NCBI GenBank assembly: GCA_963727775.1
Contig: CAVSHB010000002.1
Coordinates: 320,001 to 384,000, forward strand
DNA length: 64,000 nucleotides
From: an uncultured Nitrospiraceae bacterium
Lineage (GTDB): Bacteria > Nitrospirota > Thermodesulfovibrionia > Thermodesulfovibrionales > SM23-35
Reading direction: 5' to 3'
The translations under genes were made by a program, and so were the position numbers. Below, piece after piece: positions 59,662-64,000 of this stretch. How positions within the stretch are numbered: position 1 is the first letter of the stretch; each line of letters opens with the position of its first letter. Below the pieces are notes generated by a model that worked only from the letters and a program-made list of their open reading frames with translations, did not search any database and had not been told where the DNA came from.

Positions 59662-61998
59662 ATGTCAAAGTATATACTGCTTGCACTTATCCTGCTGAGT
59701 CTTGTTTCATGCGGCGGGGATACGTCCGGACAAAAACCCTCAGCTTATAAAGAAGGTGAGATAATAGTTAAATTCAAATCAGGCGCGGATCCAACGCAAA
59801 GATATGTGGCGCATAAAGCTGCCGGAGCGAAATCGGTGAAGACCCTGGGTGATCAAAGGTTTGAAAGGGTCAAGCTGCCTCACGGCGTCACTGTTGCAGA
59901 GGCAATCAAAACGTATACAACGAACCCCGAGGTCGAATATGCCGAGCCTAACTATATTGTAAAGGCTTACAGATTGCCGAATGATGCGCGTTTTAATGAT
60001 TTGTGGGGACTTCATAATACCGGTCAGAACGTAAACGGTACCACGGGCACAGCCGGCGCGGATATCGATGCGACTGATGCATGGGATATCAGCGCGGGTT
60101 CTCCTTCCGTAATCGTTGCCGTCCTCGATACCGGCGTCGATTACAATCACCCCGACCTTAAAGACAATATCTGGAGAAATTCGGGAGAGACCAGTTGCAC
60201 CGACGGGATTGACAACGATAAAAACGGTTATATCGATGACTGTATCGGGTGGAATTTTTTGGAGTCCAATAATGACCCTGCGGACGATAACGGCCATGGT
60301 TCACACATTGCCGGTATTATTGGTGCCGTTGGGAATAATGCCTTAGGGGTTGCCGGGGTAAGCTGGTCTGTAAAGATTATGTCTCTGAAAGTGCTCGATA
60401 ATAATGGAGAGGGTGATATAGCTACTATCATAGAGGCGATATCATATGCTGCCGCAAAGAACGCCGGGATTATCAATATGAGTTTTGGAAGTACCGGGTT
60501 TTCGCAGTCTTTGTATGATACGATAGGAAAATATCCTAATATGCTTTTTGTCGCTGCTGCGGGCAATGAGGGGGCCAACAATGATCAGCCCTCCGTGGCT
60601 GATTATCCTGCGAGCTTCGGCCTGCCCAATATTATTTCAGTGGCTGCAACCGACCAGAACGATAACTTTACAAGTTTCTCTAATTACGGGGTTAAATCTG
60701 TTGATGTTGCTGCGCCGGGTACAGACATTCTCAGCACTATCCCGTCTTTCACTGCAGGAATTACATATAGCGGAACGTACAAGGTGGTTTATTTTTCTTT
60801 TGGCTTTGAAGGTATAGATGGCGCTTTATTGCGCGCGGACGTCATGCGAAGGGTGCTGGAGTTTAACGGTGTTTCACCGGGAGACGGTATTCTTCTCGTG
60901 GATGACGACGGCGGAGACACATATGAGACTTATTATAAGCAGGCCCTTGAGTATCTCGGATATTCGTATGATTATTACATGGTCCCCGTTAATGATGACG
61001 GCCCTGACGCAACCAAACTGAGACAGTATAAACTGGTGATCTGGTTTACAGGCAATGAGTACAGTCCAAACTCTCAAACGCCAACCAATGTGACCCCTAA
61101 TGATCAGGCAAACATCCAATCTTTCCTCGACAACGGAGGCAGGCTTTTTATATCCGGACAGGACATAGGATACGACATCGGTTCCACGAGCTTTTATAAG
61201 AACTATCTCCATGCGCGGTTTATCACTGATGATGCGAACGGATCATTCTACACAGGGCTTAATGACTTCGATGGCTTGTCTCTTGATCTTTCGTCGACAT
61301 ACGGTGACGGAGCGCGGAACCAGAGATCAATTGATGCGGTAAAGCCTGTGGACGGCTCTACGGCTTTTTACATTCCCTATAGCGCCGCCTACCAATTCTT
61401 TGACGGCACATCTATGTGTACGGCAATGGTCTCCGGTGTTGCGGCCCTCGTATCGTCTTATTACAGCGATTTCACCACAAGCCAGATAAAGGGCACGATT
61501 CTGCTTTCCGTTGATGGGCTACCGTCTTTGCAGGGAAGGATACTCTCAGGGGGAAGGGTAAATGTCTATAAGGCGTTGTCTTCACTCATCGCGCCGACTG
61601 ATCTGACCGCTGCGCTTTCCGGGAAACAGGTTGTGCTTGCATGGACAGATAATTCTTCCGGCGAGACGGGATTTTCTATCGAGAGAAAGGAGGCAGGAGG
61701 AAAGTACATCCAAATAGCCTCGGTGCCGTCAAACCAGACGAATTACACAGACGATGCTGTAAAAGCCGGTAAGGCTTATTCATACAGGGTAAAGGCATTT
61801 AATGCCGTCGCCGGTTCGTCATATACCAACGAAGCTTCTCAGAAAATACCCGGCGTCAGCTTCAGCGGAGGCGGCGGATGTTCCAGCGGTAAAACGCAAA
61901 ACGTTCAGACAGCTTTAGCAGACATGTCAGTGCTCTTTATGCCTTTAATGGTTGTCTTCATAATCAAAAGATCAGGAAAAGATTTAAAGAAACCATAA
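59662..61998 (+). CDS. S8 subtilase lipoprotein with propeptide, inserted domain, FN3 and a Gly-Gly-Cys C-terminal sorting signal
   Basis: Lipobox LVSC; triad VLDTG / HGSHIAG / GTSM; AAAGN; FN3 (WTDNS..E.GF.IER...YSYRV.A.N); GGGGC..TM..KR. Confidence 0.93.
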   Translation: MSKYILLALILLSLVSCGGDTSGQKPSAYKEGEIIVKFKSGADPTQRYVAHKAAGAKSVKTLGDQRFERVKLPHGVTVAEAIKTYTTNPEVEYAEPNYIVKAYRLPNDARFNDLWGLHNTGQNVNGTTGTAGADIDATDAWDISAGSPSVIVAVLDTGVDYNHPDLKDNIWRNSGETSCTDGIDNDKNGYIDDCIGWNFLESNNDPADDNGHGSHIAGIIGAVGNNALGVAGVSWSVKIMSLKVLDNNGEGDIATIIEAISYAAAKNAGIINMSFGSTGFSQSLYDTIGKYPNMLFVAAAGNEGANNDQPSVADYPASFGLPNIISVAATDQNDNFTSFSNYGVKSVDVAAPGTDILSTIPSFTAGITYSGTYKVVYFSFGFEGIDGALLRADVMRRVLEFNGVSPGDGILLVDDDGGDTYETYYKQALEYLGYSYDYYMVPVNDDGPDATKLRQYKLVIWFTGNEYSPNSQTPTNVTPNDQANIQSFLDNGGRLFISGQDIGYDIGSTSFYKNYLHARFITDDANGSFYTGLNDFDGLSLDLSSTYGDGARNQRSIDAVKPVDGSTAFYIPYSAAYQFFDGTSMCTAMVSGVAALVSSYYSDFTTSQIKGTILLSVDGLPSLQGRILSGGRVNVYKALSSLIAPTDLTAALSGKQVVLAWTDNSSGETGFSIERKEAGGKYIQIASVPSNQTNYTDDAVKAGKAYSYRVKAFNAVAGSSYTNEASQKIPGVSFSGGGGCSSGKTQNVQTALADMSVLFMPLMVVFIIKRSGKDLKKP

Positions 61999-62055
61999 TA
62001 GTATTTCTCTGCCGACCAAATTATCCTTGTACCTGTGGTATACTCAAAATACTTT

Positions 62056-63291
62056 ATGTCTGCTTTAAGATACTTGACAGCGGGTGAATCGCATGGGAAG
62101 GCCCTTACCGGGATTATCGAGGGTGTTCCTTCAGGGCTTACTGTTTCCGGGGATTTGATTGATAAGGACCTTAAAAGAAGGCAGGGCGGCTATGGTCGCG
62201 GCGGCCGCATGAAGATAGAGTCCGATCATGCTGAAATATTGTCCGGCGTAAGGTGGGGAAAGACTATCGGTTCGCCGATAACCCTGCTTATTGAAAATAA
62301 GGACTATAATAATTGGCTCGAAGCCATGTCTGCGGATGCGTCTGCTGAAGGTTCGATTCCTCCTGTCACGAGACCGCGTCCCGGGCATGCCGACCTGACA
62401 GGCGCGATAAAATATGGCCATCGCGATATAAGAAATATCCTTGAACGTTCAAGTGCGAGAGAGACGGCCATGCGGGTGGCATTAGGCGCGGTCGCAAAGA
62501 GGTTTCTCTCGGAATTCGGCCTCCGGGTCGGCAGTTATGTTGTTCAGATAGGCAAAATCAGTGGCCCAACCCTCGAAGCTTTGAAACCACGAATACTTGC
62601 ATCTATTTTTGAAAAAGCTGAAAAATCTCCTGTCAGGTGCCCGGATGAGGCGGCATCGATAAAAATGATCAAACTCATAGACAGAGCCGTCAAAGAAGGT
62701 AACTCACTCGGCGGTATTTTCGATGTCTTTGTAACAGGTGTGCCTGTTGGTCTCGGCAGCCATGTCCAGTGGGACAGGAAGCTTGACGGCCGGCTTGCGC
62801 AGGCGGTGATGAGTATCCAGGCGATTAAAGGTGTAGAGGTAGGTCTTGGTTTTGAGATGAGCGGGAAATCAGGGTCAGAAGTGATGGACGAGATATTTTA
62901 CACCCGCCGGGACACAAGGCGAAAAATGGCTGCAAAATCTCGTGAAGATTTACTCCATACACCTTATGGGTTTTATAGAAAAACAAATAATGCCGGTGGT
63001 ATTGAGGGCGGCATGACAAACGGTATGCCGATAATCCTGAGAGCTGCGATGAAACCGATCCCGACATTGAGAAGACCGTTACGTTCTGTGGATATAGTTA
63101 CAATGAAGCCAGTAGAAGCGGCTTACGAACGTTCCGATATCTGTGCGGTCCCGGCAGCAGGCGTCGTAGGAGAGGCAATGGTTGCCCTAACTATTGCAGA
63201 CGCCTTTCTCGAAAAATTCGGCGGAGACAGCATGGACGAAGTAAGACGTAATTTTAACGCTTACGAGACAATCAAGAATTTCACCAAATGA
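62056..63291 (+). CDS. aroC: Chorismate synthase
   Basis: [36 protein letters not shown]. The ORF track starts at 62035. Confidence 0.98.
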   Translation: MSALRYLTAGESHGKALTGIIEGVPSGLTVSGDLIDKDLKRRQGGYGRGGRMKIESDHAEILSGVRWGKTIGSPITLLIENKDYNNWLEAMSADASAEGSIPPVTRPRPGHADLTGAIKYGHRDIRNILERSSARETAMRVALGAVAKRFLSEFGLRVGSYVVQIGKISGPTLEALKPRILASIFEKAEKSPVRCPDEAASIKMIKLIDRAVKEGNSLGGIFDVFVTGVPVGLGSHVQWDRKLDGRLAQAVMSIQAIKGVEVGLGFEMSGKSGSEVMDEIFYTRRDTRRKMAAKSREDLLHTPYGFYRKTNNAGGIEGGMTNGMPIILRAAMKPIPTLRRPLRSVDIVTMKPVEAAYERSDICAVPAAGVVGEAMVALTIADAFLEKFGGDSMDEVRRNFNAYETIKNFTK

Positions 63292-63426
63292 CATTGTGTG
63301 CTGTACTTCCTCCTACCAACACATCTTGCTTTTGTTATAGGAAGCAACCTTTCAAATAGAAATCTTCACATAGTACAAATCACAAACTAATAACATTCAT
63401 TGTTCACAAACGCTATGTTTGTTCCA

Positions 63427-63455
63427 TTGACAAATAACAAATAGATAAATACAAT
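63427..63455 (+). promoter_or_regulatory. brnTA promoter (leaderless)
   Basis: TTGACA-17-TACAAT, 6 nt before ATG 63462. Confidence 0.75.
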
Positions 63456-63461
63456 GTAATT

Positions 63462-63758
63462 ATGGAAGCAATATCGTTCGAGTGGGATGAAAAGAAAAGT
63501 GTTTCAAATAAGAAAAAACATGGCATTAGTTTTGAAGAGGGCCGGACAGTATTTGCAGATGAGAATGCGTTACTTATTCATGACCCTGACCATTCGGACG
63601 ATGAAGATCGATTTGTTATGCTCGGATTAAGTGCACGCCTCAGGGTATTGGTTATTTGTCATAGCTACCGTAGAGACCTAACATCAATAAGAATTATTTC
63701 TGCCCGTAAAGCAACGCGCTTTGAGCAGAAGAAATACTGGGAGAGGTGGTCAAGATGA
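63462..63758 (+). CDS. brnT: BrnT family toxin
   Basis: FEWDEKK...N.KKHGISFEE...VF.D...HS..E.R...IRIISARKA. Confidence 0.93.
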   Translation: MEAISFEWDEKKSVSNKKKHGISFEEGRTVFADENALLIHDPDHSDDEDRFVMLGLSARLRVLVICHSYRRDLTSIRIISARKATRFEQKKYWERWSR

Positions 63759-63970
63759 GAAAAGAATATGATTTTTCAAAAGCAAAGAAAAATCCCTATG
63801 CGAGTCAACTTAAGAAGCAAGTAACTATTCGCCTTGATGAGGGGACAGTGGAATATTTTAAAAGACTGGCCAAAGAAGCGGGGATTCCCTATCAGACGCT
63901 GATCAATCTGTACTTGCGGGACTGTGCTGCAGCGGGTAGGAAACTCTCGATACAATGGAAAGCAGCATAA
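63755..63970 (+). CDS. brnA: BrnA family antitoxin
   Basis: MRKEYDFS...KNPY...K.VTIRLD....YFK......PYQTLIN; overlaps the brnT stop. Confidence 0.9.
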   Translation: MRKEYDFSKAKKNPYASQLKKQVTIRLDEGTVEYFKRLAKEAGIPYQTLINLYLRDCAAAGRKLSIQWKAA

Positions 63971-64000
63971 ATTATAAGCGGAGATTTTTCAGGATCTCTC

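Overview
Bacterial chromosomal window, mostly core genes on the + strand. Gene content and order suggest a Nitrospirota/Desulfobacterota-like diderm (inference only, no search run). In order: the N-terminal part of an IS630-family transposase at the left edge; polX-PHP; a GAF-GGDEF diguanylate cyclase; a DHH-CBS tRNA nucleotidyltransferase; HU; a GT87 membrane glycosyltransferase; a complete dcw cluster (mraZ to ftsZ) with a D,D-carboxypeptidase between mraY and murD; an SspB-like gene; an ADP-ribosylglycohydrolase; lptCAB-rpoN-hpf-rapZ; tRNA-Ser(GCT); tRNA-Arg(ACG); truB; pilMNOPQ; a ~20 kb block; aroC; and brnTA. The ~20 kb block between pilQ and aroC encodes a 2024-aa CFI-box-CTERM surface protein, a stand-alone DsbC-dimerisation-domain lipoprotein, a full gspC-N type II secretion system and a lipidated subtilase with a C-terminal Gly-Gly-Cys sorting signal. 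The most striking observation is that the secretin GspD ends in a subtilase propeptide-like domain that aligns without gaps (25/73 identities, counted by hand) to the propeptide of the subtilase at the end of the same operon, suggesting a protease-coupled T2SS. Other signals: many apparently leaderless genes, a probable ATA start for rsmH, a three-copy intergenic motif carrying different palindromic inserts, and in-frame palindromic or heptamer insertions in mur genes.
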